Translations under genes and position numbers: made by a program
The notes under the pieces: generated by a model
The model's input: only the letters and a program-made list of their open reading frames with translations
Told to the model about the DNA's origin: nothing
Database searches by the model: none
Origin: a virus
Taxonomy: Duplodnaviria; Caudoviricetes
DNA: 64,000 nucleotides
Virus record (IMG/VR): IMGVR_UViG_3300014206_000010
Coordinates: 24,452 to 88,451 of that record
Strand: one strand, 5' to 3'
In this document: piece after piece, positions 36,175 to 46,491 of the stretch
Layout: each line of letters begins with the position of its first letter
Numbering within the stretch: position 1 is the first letter of the stretch

Positions 36175-37413
36175 TTATTTCTTTTTCTTATTACCGCTAT
36201 AATATTCTGTATTTTTATTCTTGTATTTTCCTGCTTTAGTTTTGCTCGGTGGTATATTATCTTTTCCTCTTCCTCTTCCTAAATTATTTCGATCAAGTTT
36301 TTCTTCTTCTTTAGCAACAGGACGTTTCCGTTCCGCATCTGCATCAAACTCTGCTTGTCTTGCTTCCATCTCCCGCTTTTGCTTCCTTATTTTTCCAAGG
36401 AATAATTCCTTGGTCCTTTCAGCAGAACTTTTTTCTACTTCTGTAACGTCTTCTGCTTTTACATCCATTGTTTTATTTCCTGCTGTTTTCTCAATTACAG
36501 AAAAATCATAAGCACTTTGGGATGGATATTTCATTTCTGCATCTGCATCAAAATCACCGCTTATATCTACAAACTTTGCGTAATAACTATTATGTAATCC
36601 AGCAACTAATTTCTTTGTATCAAAATTCATTCTTGCCGCTACACGTCCCAATATAATTTCTTTCAAATTAATTGTCTTGAGTATTTCTTTTTGAATATGA
36701 TTCTGGATTGTTACTTCTACATTAATATCCAAAGAACCATTAATGTTAACAACGTCTCCTTCTGCTTCCTTGCGGATTTGTTCCAAAGTACGAAGCATAG
36801 ATGTATATGCATCTATTCCATTCAGCGAAACATATCTTGCTTTCATTTTACTATACATCCAAGCAAGTTCTTCCAACCTTGGACGTTTGTTATAAAGTCT
36901 GACATCTGAAACACGATTACGAAATTCTTCACGCTTCTTCTCAATCTCTACAATATGTTTCTTTAATATTTCCTTGACATCATCCTCATTAACAATAATA
37001 CTATAATCTTCCCCCATTATCTTTACTACTTCCGCAACGGTAAACATTCTTCCAAGGAGTTCAATTATATCTTCTTCAAAGGGGGATAATTTATACACAG
37101 CTATTTCTTCTTTCTTTCTTCCCCCATAACAACCTGCCCTACCATACGCCATAGCCTTTGCGCTTGATATCTTGCCTCTCATTACATTATACTGCCTTTT
37201 GAGTTCCATGATATCTTCTTGTTCTTTTAAACTGAGATGTTCTATGAACTTTCTCAATCTATGCGGTAACATAGCAATGTTGATTTCATCTCCTTGCGAA
37301 GTTATATACATTGTATTGCGTATTGTTTTAGTTCTTTGTAACGCAATCATTTTTTTATATTCCTTTGGGTTAACAACACCCTCTGGTATAGGTATGACTT
37401 TAATTTTTTCCAT
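36175..37413 (-). CDS. Large hypothetical helical protein (terminase small subunit-like is possible but unsupported)
   Basis: 412-aa ORF; no diagnostic motif recognised. Confidence 0.5.
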   Translation of the reverse strand: MEKIKVIPIPEGVVNPKEYKKMIALQRTKTIRNTMYITSQGDEINIAMLPHRLRKFIEHLSLKEQEDIMELKRQYNVMRGKISSAKAMAYGRAGCYGGRKKEEIAVYKLSPFEEDIIELLGRMFTVAEVVKIMGEDYSIIVNEDDVKEILKKHIVEIEKKREEFRNRVSDVRLYNKRPRLEELAWMYSKMKARYVSLNGIDAYTSMLRTLEQIRKEAEGDVVNINGSLDINVEVTIQNHIQKEILKTINLKEIILGRVAARMNFDTKKLVAGLHNSYYAKFVDISGDFDADAEMKYPSQSAYDFSVIEKTAGNKTMDVKAEDVTEVEKSSAERTKELFLGKIRKQKREMEARQAEFDADAERKRPVAKEEEKLDRNNLGRGRGKDNIPPSKTKAGKYKNKNTEYYSGNKKKK

Positions 37414-37438
37414 TAATCTTTTTATTTACAAAATCTCT

Positions 37439-37735
37439 TTACCTTTTTATATTTGTTTTTGTTAACGTTTTAGTTGCGCTTATTTTTCTTTTATGATATT
37501 TTTTCATTATACGCAAACGTTTTACTCTTACAACGCAAAGAGGATAATTATTTTGCTTAGGATAATCTGATATCTTTACTATCTCAAATTTCTTTTGCCT
37601 ATCTATGAAAGCTGTTATTTGATATTTTGCTTTCTGATAATATATGAATATACGAAAAGACATTGGGGAATCTATTTTTACCTCAACGTCTTTATCTCTT
37701 TTTCTCAATTCCTTTTCAAGTTGTTTTAAATTCAT
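37439..37735 (-). CDS. Hypothetical protein
   Basis: ORF track. Confidence 0.5.
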   Translation of the reverse strand: MNLKQLEKELRKRDKDVEVKIDSPMSFRIFIYYQKAKYQITAFIDRQKKFEIVKISDYPKQNNYPLCVVRVKRLRIMKKYHKRKISATKTLTKTNIKR

Positions 37736-37740
37736 AATAC

Positions 37741-38091
37741 TTAATCCTCATGTATATCTTTATAAATTACATAGACGCAATTACAATGTCTTTCTAAAAT
37801 AAAATATTTTGTTTTTGGGCATTCTTCTATAAACTTATCTACCATATCACAAATATCTTTTCCTCTCATATCATGTCTATACCAATCTGTGACTACTATT
37901 ATTACATCATAAGGAACTCCATACATGAGAATCATAAAACGTAATGAAGAAGAAAGAACTTCTGAATTTGTTTTAGTAAGAGAAACAACCGTAGATTTTA
38001 ATACAACTTCTTTTGCGCCCTTTCTTTTAAAGAATTTAACAATAGACATAAACTCTTTGTATTTATTACTTACCTTTTCTACATTATCCAT
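37741..38091 (-). CDS. Hypothetical protein
   Basis: ORF track. Confidence 0.5.
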   Translation of the reverse strand: MDNVEKVSNKYKEFMSIVKFFKRKGAKEVVLKSTVVSLTKTNSEVLSSSLRFMILMYGVPYDVIIVVTDWYRHDMRGKDICDMVDKFIEECPKTKYFILERHCNCVYVIYKDIHED

Positions 38092-38251
38092 ATTAATATT
38101 TTATTTCAATTTTGCAATTAATCTTTCATTATCTTTTGCTAATTTCTGTACTATATCATACATCTTTTTAATATTATTCAATGTTAATGCTTTTTCAATA
38201 AATCTCTATTCCTATCAATTTGTTTTTGTATTTTATTTTCCATTACAAAAT

Positions 38252-38677
38252 CTATTTAACAGTCTTCAAAAATTCTTTAGGAATTATCAAATTACAAGGA
38301 ATAACATCATTTTCTAAAGATGGAGAATTTCTTCCCATAGCATTCCAAAATATTCTTTTGATATCTTCTATACTCCATCCGGCAATTCCGCAACCTATTT
38401 TTGTCAAATAAAATGTAAATTGTCGATTATTCAATACAAAATTTATAAATCTATCAATACTTGCTTCCAAAGCTTCTTCTGATACTTTCTTCATATTCTC
38501 ATCAAGAGTTGGTATAGCATAAGATTTGCCTTGTAGCCCTTCAGAATTTCCCCATTTTGCTTCAAACTTTTGAAAAGCTATATCAGCAGCTCCTCCTATA
38601 TGAAAACCATTTTTATTACTTCCAAATACAAAAACTTCATTTAATCCAAGATTGATAATAATTTCCGGAGTATACAT
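38252..38677 (-). CDS. A1S_2505-like phage non-structural protein
   Basis: EVFVFGSN..G.H.GGAA..A...F.A.WG..EG.QG.SYAIPT...FYLTKIGCGIAG. Confidence 0.75.
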   Translation of the reverse strand: MYTPEIIINLGLNEVFVFGSNKNGFHIGGAADIAFQKFEAKWGNSEGLQGKSYAIPTLDENMKKVSEEALEASIDRFINFVLNNRQFTFYLTKIGCGIAGWSIEDIKRIFWNAMGRNSPSLENDVIPCNLIIPKEFLKTVK

Positions 38678-38710
38678 TATTTGTTTTATTATTTATTATA
38701 TAAACTTTGT

Positions 38711-38743
38711 AAAAAAAAAGAAAAGGAGAATGAAATCTCCTTT
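38711..38743 (-). terminator. Rho-independent terminator
   Basis: aaaggaga-atgaaa-tctccttt hairpin with a U-run on the minus strand. Confidence 0.6.
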
Positions 38744-38824
38744 ATCTAAACATTAAGAACATAGAATATGTTATTAACTAATCAAAATCTTTATATCAAA
38801 AAATTCTTATTATTGATATAAACC

Positions 38825-39016
38825 TCATTTGTTTATTTTTTTAGAAATTTCTTCACTGACAGAAGGATGAGTTTTAGTAACATCTTCTTTGTTTTCTTTT
38901 TTACCTTTTTTCCTTCTAATTTTAGGAACTGGAATGAACTTTCTTGGAGATTCTCCAATGTCTTCTTTTGATTTATTTAATTCATCATCAAAAGTTTTCT
39001 TTTTAATATCTTCCAT
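38825..39016 (-). CDS. Hypothetical charged protein
   Basis: ORF track. Confidence 0.45.
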   Translation of the reverse strand: MEDIKKKTFDDELNKSKEDIGESPRKFIPVPKIRRKKGKKENKEDVTKTHPSVSEEISKKINK

Positions 39017-39022
39017 AATTAA

Positions 39023-40507
39023 TTATTTTATTATAAAAACTTTGCCTTTCAAATCATTATTAAATATTGGAGTCCAAACATAAATTAATTCTTTCTTAGC
39101 TCTGGTAATACATACATATTTAAGATTTTGTTCTTGCTCGTATTGCCAAGGTTGTGTTGCATATTTACTTGGTATAAGTTCCGGAGCTAAAAAGAATATG
39201 CGGTCATTTTCCAAACCTTTTGCTTTATGTATCGTACTTAACATTATCCCTTTTATATCATCTGAAAAAATATTATTGATTAATTTCTTCAATTCTGCTA
39301 CAGTGTTTACTTGCTCACAAAGACATTCTATCACTTCCGTTTTTTGTTGCAATAATTCCATTTTAGGATGTAAACTTGGTCTTTTGAATCCTCTTTTTTC
39401 AAGTTTTCTCAAAAGTTTATTCTTTTCAAACTCAAGCATACTTTGTAAACCGCTTAATGTTTTTGTTCCTGTTTTATTTATCAAACTCAAAATACCTTCT
39501 CCAATTTCTTTTCCTCTGATTTTTGATTTAATTTTATTTTTCATTAACCAAAGATATGTTTGAACCAAAGGTTTCAAATTTCTACAAAGTATCCAATCTC
39601 CTTGTTCTATTTCTGTTAAACTACCGTCTTTAACAATTCCTTCAATAGCATTTGGAGCATATGATATTTCAGGTACAATTTTTTGAGCTTCTTTTACAAT
39701 ATTAATTGCACACCTATAAGATACACTCAAAGGCAATTTAATTGCTCGTCCATTAATGTTAGCAAGTCGGTCATAACTTTCTGCATCTGCTCCCGCAAAT
39801 CCGTATATTGCTTGTCTTTTGTCTCCTACCGTTACCAATCTTCCTTTTCTATTTAAACACTTTTTTATGAATTCATGTTGAGCTAAAGAAAAATCTTGAC
39901 TTTCATCACAAAAAACATAATCAAACTTCCGGAAACGAATTGAAAAATCAGTAACAGGAACATATATCATATCCATGAAATCAAATTGAGATTTATCTTT
40001 GATAGTATATTCAAAGGCTTTCATAACCATTTTGATATCATCTTCTTCGATATTTACATCATAATGATTAACAAGTTCTGTTATTGATTCAACATCATTA
40101 TTACAAAGATTACATCTCATCAAATCTAATATCTTAGGAATAACATAAAAAAAATAACCTTTTTTCTTTTCAGGTATTTTGAATTCTTTTAAAACTTTTT
40201 CTGTTTTCGCTATACCTTTATTGGGATTCATTTTAACTTTTCCTCCATATCTCTGAAGAATTGAATGCCAACCACAAGAATGTATAGTCATTATATCAAC
40301 ATCTCTTTTTTCATTTTTATTTTTTAATTCATCAACAATTGAATTATTAAAAGCAAGGAACAGGGAACTTGAGTTATCTGGAATATATTTCAACAATTCT
40401 AATAACACAGTAGTTTTCCCTGAACCTGCAACAGCTGATATGTTAATGTCTTTATTTGTTAATTGAAATACTTTATAAATTATTTTTTGATTTTTTGAAG
40501 ATTTCAT
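39023..40507 (-). CDS. UvrD/Rep-like SF1 helicase (copy 2)
   Basis: AVAGSGKTT, LAFNN, CDESQD, VGDKRQAIYGF, SVSYRC, STIHKAKGLE, YVCITRAK. Confidence 0.9.
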   Translation of the reverse strand: MKSSKNQKIIYKVFQLTNKDINISAVAGSGKTTVLLELLKYIPDNSSSLFLAFNNSIVDELKNKNEKRDVDIMTIHSCGWHSILQRYGGKVKMNPNKGIAKTEKVLKEFKIPEKKKGYFFYVIPKILDLMRCNLCNNDVESITELVNHYDVNIEEDDIKMVMKAFEYTIKDKSQFDFMDMIYVPVTDFSIRFRKFDYVFCDESQDFSLAQHEFIKKCLNRKGRLVTVGDKRQAIYGFAGADAESYDRLANINGRAIKLPLSVSYRCAINIVKEAQKIVPEISYAPNAIEGIVKDGSLTEIEQGDWILCRNLKPLVQTYLWLMKNKIKSKIRGKEIGEGILSLINKTGTKTLSGLQSMLEFEKNKLLRKLEKRGFKRPSLHPKMELLQQKTEVIECLCEQVNTVAELKKLINNIFSDDIKGIMLSTIHKAKGLENDRIFFLAPELIPSKYATQPWQYEQEQNLKYVCITRAKKELIYVWTPIFNNDLKGKVFIIK

Positions 40508-40512
40508 TTCAG

Positions 40513-40851
40513 TTAAAATTTCTTATTGCTATCAGCAGCACTCCACTTATACCAAGTTGAACCCTTTGTAAATTCACAACGAATTACTATTCCATCTTCC
40601 ATTACTTTATCAAACAAAGAAAAGAAATTAGTTCTGTTTACACATTGTGAAGCATTCTTAGTGATAAATTCTGTTATGTTTATACCTTCTACTGTATTAA
40701 AATCAATAGATTGAGCAGTATTAAAATATCCTTCTTGCCATTTATAAACATTAAAATACAAACTATTACCAGTAGGAGTTACAATTTGTAAAATTGTATA
40801 TCCTTCCATAATAAGTTGTTCAATTGCTTTTTGAAAAATATTTTCTTCCAT
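40513..40851 (-). CDS. Hypothetical protein
   Basis: ORF track. Confidence 0.55.
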   Translation of the reverse strand: MEENIFQKAIEQLIMEGYTILQIVTPTGNSLYFNVYKWQEGYFNTAQSIDFNTVEGINITEFITKNASQCVNRTNFFSLFDKVMEDGIVIRCEFTKGSTWYKWSAADSNKKF

Positions 40852-41486
40852 TACATCTCTCCTTTTTCTTTAAACATTATTAAAATTTCTTTTATTCTCT
40901 TCAAACTCTTTGAATATTGTCCATTCGTTATATCAGTATTTTCCTTTAAAAACTCTGATATTTTTTGTCCTAACATTCTTGACCTACAAATCCTCGTTTC
41001 TAATTCATTCAAACTTAAATGAATCATCAATAATTCTGTTGTATCTGGTTGACTATTATCATGAAAATTAGAATTAACAATAGTTAATGCTTCAGTTATT
41101 TCTATACCATTATTTCTTTGCATTTCTTTTTTATAACATCTAAAGAAATTTCTTGACAATGATTTATTATAGTAAAAATAAAAATTGTATTTTTTATTAA
41201 TTATAAATTTATCCAAACATTTATTGAAAATCAAATAACAATCAGCAACCAACTCGTCTCGTTCAGGAAGCGTGTCTTTTCTGTAAACATTTTTTAACAA
41301 ATTAAGATAATTGGAAATATTTTTTTTTACAATATCTTTCATCATTTTAAAAACTAAATTCTTATAAGCATCGACTCTTTTTTCGTCTTTTGAAAATCTT
41401 ATTATAGCAATGCATTTATTAGCAAATTTCGCTTTATAATGATAGTCTTTTTTAAAAAACACGCTTTCTAAACTCATAAGATTCAA
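40851..41486 (-). CDS. Sigma-factor-like protein (ECF-like regions 2 and 4)
   Basis: RDELVADCYLIF..CLDKF...FYFYY (region 2-like); LNELETRICRSRMLG...HTH-like C-terminus. Confidence 0.55.
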   Translation of the reverse strand: MNLMSLESVFFKKDYHYKAKFANKCIAIIRFSKDEKRVDAYKNLVFKMMKDIVKKNISNYLNLLKNVYRKDTLPERDELVADCYLIFNKCLDKFIINKKYNFYFYYNKSLSRNFFRCYKKEMQRNNGIEITEALTIVNSNFHDNSQPDTTELLMIHLSLNELETRICRSRMLGQKISEFLKENTDITNGQYSKSLKRIKEILIMFKEKGEM

Positions 41487-41815
41487 TTTTTCCCTGCAGT
41501 TTTAAAATTCTTTATTGTCTCTTGTATTTGAAATTCTTTGAAAGGTTTTATTTTCTTTTCAAAGTGGTCGTGAGAACGTTTTTTAAGCATTTCTCTTTTA
41601 TCTTGTTTTGAAGCTGATGAATATCTACCAATATCTATATTTTTTTCTGATAATGGTATATTTTCATTTATTTCTTCTCTAATTTTACCACAATTTGGAC
41701 ACGGAGCATTATTGCTAATAAATTGTCCATCTACTAATTTATATGTGTTAGAAAGATATTCATCTTCTATACCAAACTTAGGACATCCTAAATTTCTACA
41801 AATAAATTTACTCAT
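41483..41815 (-). CDS. Zinc-ribbon protein
   Basis: CRNLGC ... CPNCG. Confidence 0.6.
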   Translation of the reverse strand: MSKFICRNLGCPKFGIEDEYLSNTYKLVDGQFISNNAPCPNCGKIREEINENIPLSEKNIDIGRYSSASKQDKREMLKKRSHDHFEKKIKPFKEFQIQETIKNFKTAGKN

Positions 41816-41817
41816 AT

Positions 41818-42318
41818 CTATTTATGTTTTTCAATTATTCTGGAATACTCAAGAATTAATAAGGCATCACTGATTGCTAAAGTTATTTTACCAACATATG
41901 GATAAAGTTGTTGAGCTTTAATTTTCAATTTATTCTTCCATTCAGTGGTAGATTTTTTACCTTTATTACCTAATTGTAAAGCCTTCTGCCACTTTTGAGG
42001 TGTAACCTCTACAGTAGGTATTTTTCTACATAAAAGAGCCATTTCCAAGTGTCCAAATCCTTTACCAAAGTTGAACATACTCGAACCACCCATGCCAGGA
42101 AGACCTCCTACTTTTTCCAAATAACATATAGTATTATTTTGATAAGTAGTAATGAATGACAAAAGGTCTTGAGGAGTATCAGGCATCTTTATAACTTCAA
42201 TCACCCTGTTTTCTTTCAAAGAAAATATAGCAATTCCACCATTTTTTCCTGGGTCAATAGCCATTATTTTATCATCCTTGAAATATTTTATTCGTTCTTT
42301 GTTTTCCATTACCTTCAA
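41818..42318 (-). CDS. ruvC: RuvC-like Holliday junction resolvase
   Basis: MAIDPG, YLEK, FNFGKGFG, VTPQKWQK, DALLI. Confidence 0.85.
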   Translation of the reverse strand: MKVMENKERIKYFKDDKIMAIDPGKNGGIAIFSLKENRVIEVIKMPDTPQDLLSFITTYQNNTICYLEKVGGLPGMGGSSMFNFGKGFGHLEMALLCRKIPTVEVTPQKWQKALQLGNKGKKSTTEWKNKLKIKAQQLYPYVGKITLAISDALLILEYSRIIEKHK

Positions 42319-42344
42319 TTTTATAATTATAAAAATAACTTTGA

Positions 42345-44207
42345 TTAGTTTTTTATATATCTACTGACATCCTTCTCTTTAACCACATACAGAGTGTTTT
42401 CATTGTTAAAAGACTCACTAACATTCTGCGTTATCACCAAAATAGTTATACCTATTTTTTCAAATATTTTGATAATATTTTCTTGACCCTTGCTATCCAT
42501 TCCATGAAAGCATTCATCAAAGCAAAGAAGATTTAAACCTTTTCCGTTTGTTGAAAGATTTATCAAATGTTGAATACCAAGAATTCCAGCTAATGTAACA
42601 CGTCCACGTTCTCCTCCTGACTTTGCTAAAAATTGTTCAGCTGTAACGCCATCGTTCAAAGCAAATATACTAATTTTTTCACGGACTTCACCTGATTTCA
42701 AAATAACAAAACCATTAATTAATACCGAAATATCAACATTAAACTTTCTCAAATAACTGTTTGTAATTCCTTCAATTATTTTAATTGATTTGTTTGCAAG
42801 ATATGTCATGAATCCAGAACGTCCCATATTGAACCGCCAAAATTTAATTGATTCTATCTCTTCGGTAATTGGTAATAAATTTTCAGTTAATTTCTTTATA
42901 CTATTATCACATTCATTTATGCGTTCGCTTAAACTGTTTAACAATTTATCATCTTTCTTTCTTTTCTTGATAGCTTTCTTTTCTTCATTCCATTTAACTA
43001 TTCTTTCAAGAAAATCTGAACGGTCTTGAGTTTTATTCTTGATTTTACGTTCGTATCTTGATTTTTCTTCTTCAATGTCTCCAATCAATTCTTCTGCTGT
43101 TTCAGATTCCTTGATTTTTTTATTCAGATTTTTAAGTTCTGTTTCTTTTGACTCATACGTTTTAGTTTGTTTATTAATTTCAGATTCAGCTTCTTTTAAC
43201 AAAGATTTTGTATCTTCAATAGATAAATTCAATTCTGATTCATGTATGAATTCATGATTACAATTTGGACAAACTATCGTATCCTCAAGTTCAGTTTTGA
43301 GTTTCCTTTCTATCTTTTTATTTTCAGAAAGTTTTGATTCAAGTCCTTCTATTTCTTCCTTGAGTTTCTTTCGGTCTTTTTTCAATTGAGTTGTATCTTC
43401 AACCGTTATTGATTTAATTTGATTTTGTTTTTCTTTTACAAACTTATTCCATTTTTTCAAATAATTATCAATTTCTTCAATATCTTTTTCAGTTTCACTT
43501 ATCTTTTCAGATAATTCTTTTAACTCTTCTTCGGTATTATCATTAACAAGCACTTCTCGTCTTTGCTCATCAAGTAGTTCCTTCTTATCTGATAACTTAC
43601 CTACCTTATTATCAATTTCTTTGTATTCAGCGTCCTTTTCTTTGTAACGTAAATCAAGTTCTTCAATAACAGGATTAATCATATCAGCAGAAGTAATACG
43701 GTTCATTATTTCTTTCTTTTCTCCGTCAGTTGCTGTAAAGAATGTGTAATGATTATCCTGACTTATTATGAAATATCTCAACAAATCATCACGATTTATA
43801 CCAATGAGTTCAATAACTCTTTTATTTGCTTCATTTACTGAAACAACTTGTTTATTCAATTTATCATTTTCCCATATTTCAATTTTTACAGGTTTATTAC
43901 CACGAAAGAATTGTCGACTGATTTTTAACTTCATTTTCAGAACAGGATTATAAAGATAAAATATAATATGACATTCTTCTTCATCTCGATTAATAAAGCT
44001 ATCTTTCTTGATAGATCTCAAACTTTCATTTGTAAGAGCTATACATATTGCTTCGAATAAAGTCGTTTTCCCCGCACCATTGTTTTCCAGCCCCCTATCA
44101 GTTTCATTTTTACCAAAAATAACTGTACAAGCGTTATTCTTGAAATCATACACTGACTCCTTGTGAGCAAATAAATTATATATTTCAATTTTAATGGGAT
44201 TCCACAT
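42345..44207 (-). CDS. sbcC: SbcC/Rad50/gp46-like ATPase
   Basis: NGAGKT, Q-loop ISQ, zinc hook CPNC, SGGE, CFDE, TQ; coiled coils. Confidence 0.92.
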   Translation of the reverse strand: MWNPIKIEIYNLFAHKESVYDFKNNACTVIFGKNETDRGLENNGAGKTTLFEAICIALTNESLRSIKKDSFINRDEEECHIIFYLYNPVLKMKLKISRQFFRGNKPVKIEIWENDKLNKQVVSVNEANKRVIELIGINRDDLLRYFIISQDNHYTFFTATDGEKKEIMNRITSADMINPVIEELDLRYKEKDAEYKEIDNKVGKLSDKKELLDEQRREVLVNDNTEEELKELSEKISETEKDIEEIDNYLKKWNKFVKEKQNQIKSITVEDTTQLKKDRKKLKEEIEGLESKLSENKKIERKLKTELEDTIVCPNCNHEFIHESELNLSIEDTKSLLKEAESEINKQTKTYESKETELKNLNKKIKESETAEELIGDIEEEKSRYERKIKNKTQDRSDFLERIVKWNEEKKAIKKRKKDDKLLNSLSERINECDNSIKKLTENLLPITEEIESIKFWRFNMGRSGFMTYLANKSIKIIEGITNSYLRKFNVDISVLINGFVILKSGEVREKISIFALNDGVTAEQFLAKSGGERGRVTLAGILGIQHLINLSTNGKGLNLLCFDECFHGMDSKGQENIIKIFEKIGITILVITQNVSESFNNENTLYVVKEKDVSRYIKN

Positions 44208-45291
44208 TTTGCATTTGTTTTATTAAATTAAATCCATATTTGAATTTGTTTCCCCCTATTTTATTTTCAGAACAAAATTTCAAAAAGTCTTTTGTTATAA
44301 TTTTCTTATCATATAAAAGTACACTATCTGACTCTGATATCTCAATTGCTTCTGTTGCTTCATTTGATTCAAATTTACAATCAATACCATATTTTCCTTG
44401 TATTTCACCAATATTTATTGTTTCACAATCAGTCTTTTTTCCTCTAAAGATAAAACGAATATGGTTATATTTTTCACCTTCATATTTTTCTAATAAATTT
44501 CTTAATGTTTCTTTATCATTAGCATCAATAATTTCTTTGATATACTTAGGAAATTTAGAAGGAACAAATTTAATTGAACCGTCGTCAAAAATAACAGTAA
44601 ATCCTTTATCAATAATATTTTCTCCATAATTATTCTGATAAGCTGAACCTGTATAAATTACATTATCTGCTAACTTAGAAGCATTATGATAATGTCCAAT
44701 TAAAACTTTAGTCCAACTTTTAAACATAGAAGGTTTTATTATGGAAGATACTTTTGAACCGTCGTTATTAACTACTCCATCAAATCCTGAATGAGTTATC
44801 AATATCAATGGAGTATCTAAATCAATATCTTGTTCTTGTAAATTATCGCTAATTTGTTCTTCAACTTTTTGATATTCTTCCAACCATTTTTCATCTTTAA
44901 AATAAGGAATAAAAGCAATAACACAACCATTAATTAACTTCCTACTACCAGAACGATAAAGATTAACACAAGGCTCTGAATAAACATCTAAATAACTCTT
45001 TTCATCATCACTATCTGTTTTATCATGATTTCCAGGAATAACATGTAATTCAATTTTTTCTTTTGTTAATTTTTGTAATATTTCTTTCCAATCGGTCAAA
45101 CATTGTAACGGCTGTCCTGAACGATTAGTGAATACATCACCGCCGCAAAATATCCGTTTTGTTTTATATTCTTCACAAAGAACTACAAGTTGATTAAAAA
45201 TATCTTTTACCAACTTACCGTTGTCTTTGTCTAAATGAATATCGTTCACAAGCACACCCAGTGCTTTTTTACTATTTTTTCGCTCTACCAT
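44191..45291 (-). CDS. sbcD: SbcD/Mre11/gp47-like metallophosphoesterase nuclease
   Basis: NDIHL, GGDVF, PGNHD, ITH, GHYH, YTGS. Confidence 0.92.
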   Translation of the reverse strand: MVERKNSKKALGVLVNDIHLDKDNGKLVKDIFNQLVVLCEEYKTKRIFCGGDVFTNRSGQPLQCLTDWKEILQKLTKEKIELHVIPGNHDKTDSDDEKSYLDVYSEPCVNLYRSGSRKLINGCVIAFIPYFKDEKWLEEYQKVEEQISDNLQEQDIDLDTPLILITHSGFDGVVNNDGSKVSSIIKPSMFKSWTKVLIGHYHNASKLADNVIYTGSAYQNNYGENIIDKGFTVIFDDGSIKFVPSKFPKYIKEIIDANDKETLRNLLEKYEGEKYNHIRFIFRGKKTDCETINIGEIQGKYGIDCKFESNEATEAIEISESDSVLLYDKKIITKDFLKFCSENKIGGNKFKYGFNLIKQMQNVESH

Positions 45292-46012
45292 ATCTCCAAC
45301 CTTTTTCTAAAAATTCGTCAGATTTTATAACTTTGGTTATCACGCCATTAGTTATGTAACGATTTCCTAAATTTGCATTTCTCAATTTTTGTTTTGTTTC
45401 TTTACCAACTTTCTTGCCTTTATGAGTTTCAGATATTTTCTTCAATCCTTTCTCGGAGTATTTTCTTTTTGTTTTGAGCATAGCTTCTTTAATATGCTGC
45501 TTATGTTCATCAGAAAGTTTTTTACCCTTTTTAGCAATAGAAAGTTTTTTCTTGTGCTCATCAGACAATTTGCCTGTATTTTTACCAATCATTGAAGATG
45601 ATTTCTTTCTTCTCGTTTCTTCATCCTCTTTGATACCGTATCTTGGATTTTTGCTTCCAATCTTACTTTGTCTTATTTTCTCTCTGACTTCTGGTAAGGA
45701 AGTAAAATATGTATCGCAATTCATACCGTTAGTTGAACCACAAACTATATTATATCCAATCTTCGGGTCAGTTGAGTTATATTTCTTGGTGAATATGTAC
45801 TCCCAAACATTTAATAATTTCTTACTTGGTATATAATCTTTCAATATTTCTCTTTTGAAATTTTCTCTACCGTATTTTTCTATTGCCTTTAATAATGTTG
45901 GGCCACTACCAATATACCAAGGGTCAAGAGTTTTCTCACTAAATATCTTGTGTTGACCTATGTAAATTTTACCAGTTATAAGACAAGTTGTTTTGTAAAT
46001 AATTCCTCTCAT
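45272..46012 (-). mobile_element. Free-standing GIY-YIG homing endonuclease (NUMOD3 repeats)
   Basis: GIIYKTTCLITGKIYIGQH, Y.GSG, LSDEHKKKLS repeats, C-terminal YITNG..GWRYG. Confidence 0.88.
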
Positions 46013-46058
46013 ACAACAATTCTTTTCTTGTCTTATAACTGGTTTACTAATATGCCAA

Positions 46059-46448
46059 TTATGAATTTACACGAAACTCTATTTTCTTGTTTACATCATC
46101 CAAAGTAACTGAATGAATCGTAAGGTCTCCCAACATATGACCCCAAATTCCCCACTTACCATTTGAACTATCTCTGTTGTATGAATTCTTAACTAACTTT
46201 TCATTACCAGACATAGTTTCTTTCTCCTCTTTGTAAATTTGTCTATATTTATCACAAATTTGAAGAACCATAGCAAGTAAATTACGATTACTTGTTACTT
46301 TGAATTCGCACTTTTTCTTCAAAGGATAAGATATGATACAATCATATTTCTCACCTTCTTTAACCTTAGAAGCTATAAACATAGTTTCGACAAACTTTTT
46401 ATCAAAAGTTTGGGCATGTATTTCTAATGTATTAAAACACCTTTTCAT
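46059..46448 (-). CDS. Hypothetical protein
   Basis: ORF track. Confidence 0.55.
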   Translation of the reverse strand: MKRCFNTLEIHAQTFDKKFVETMFIASKVKEGEKYDCIISYPLKKKCEFKVTSNRNLLAMVLQICDKYRQIYKEEKETMSGNEKLVKNSYNRDSSNGKWGIWGHMLGDLTIHSVTLDDVNKKIEFRVNS

Positions 46449-46491
46449 AAATTCACATTTTCCTTATAAACGCTGTTAATCCTCTTTCATA

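Noticed and set aside
36175-37413. Terminase small subunit assignment
   Set aside because: No diagnostic motif recognised, and it is far from terL; left as hypothetical.
38095-38243. Possible small ORF broken by a 1-nt deletion (MENKIQKQIDRNRD/FIEKALTL...AKLK)
   Set aside because: Too short to support. It may be a homopolymer error or chance, and is noted only because it bears on sequence accuracy.
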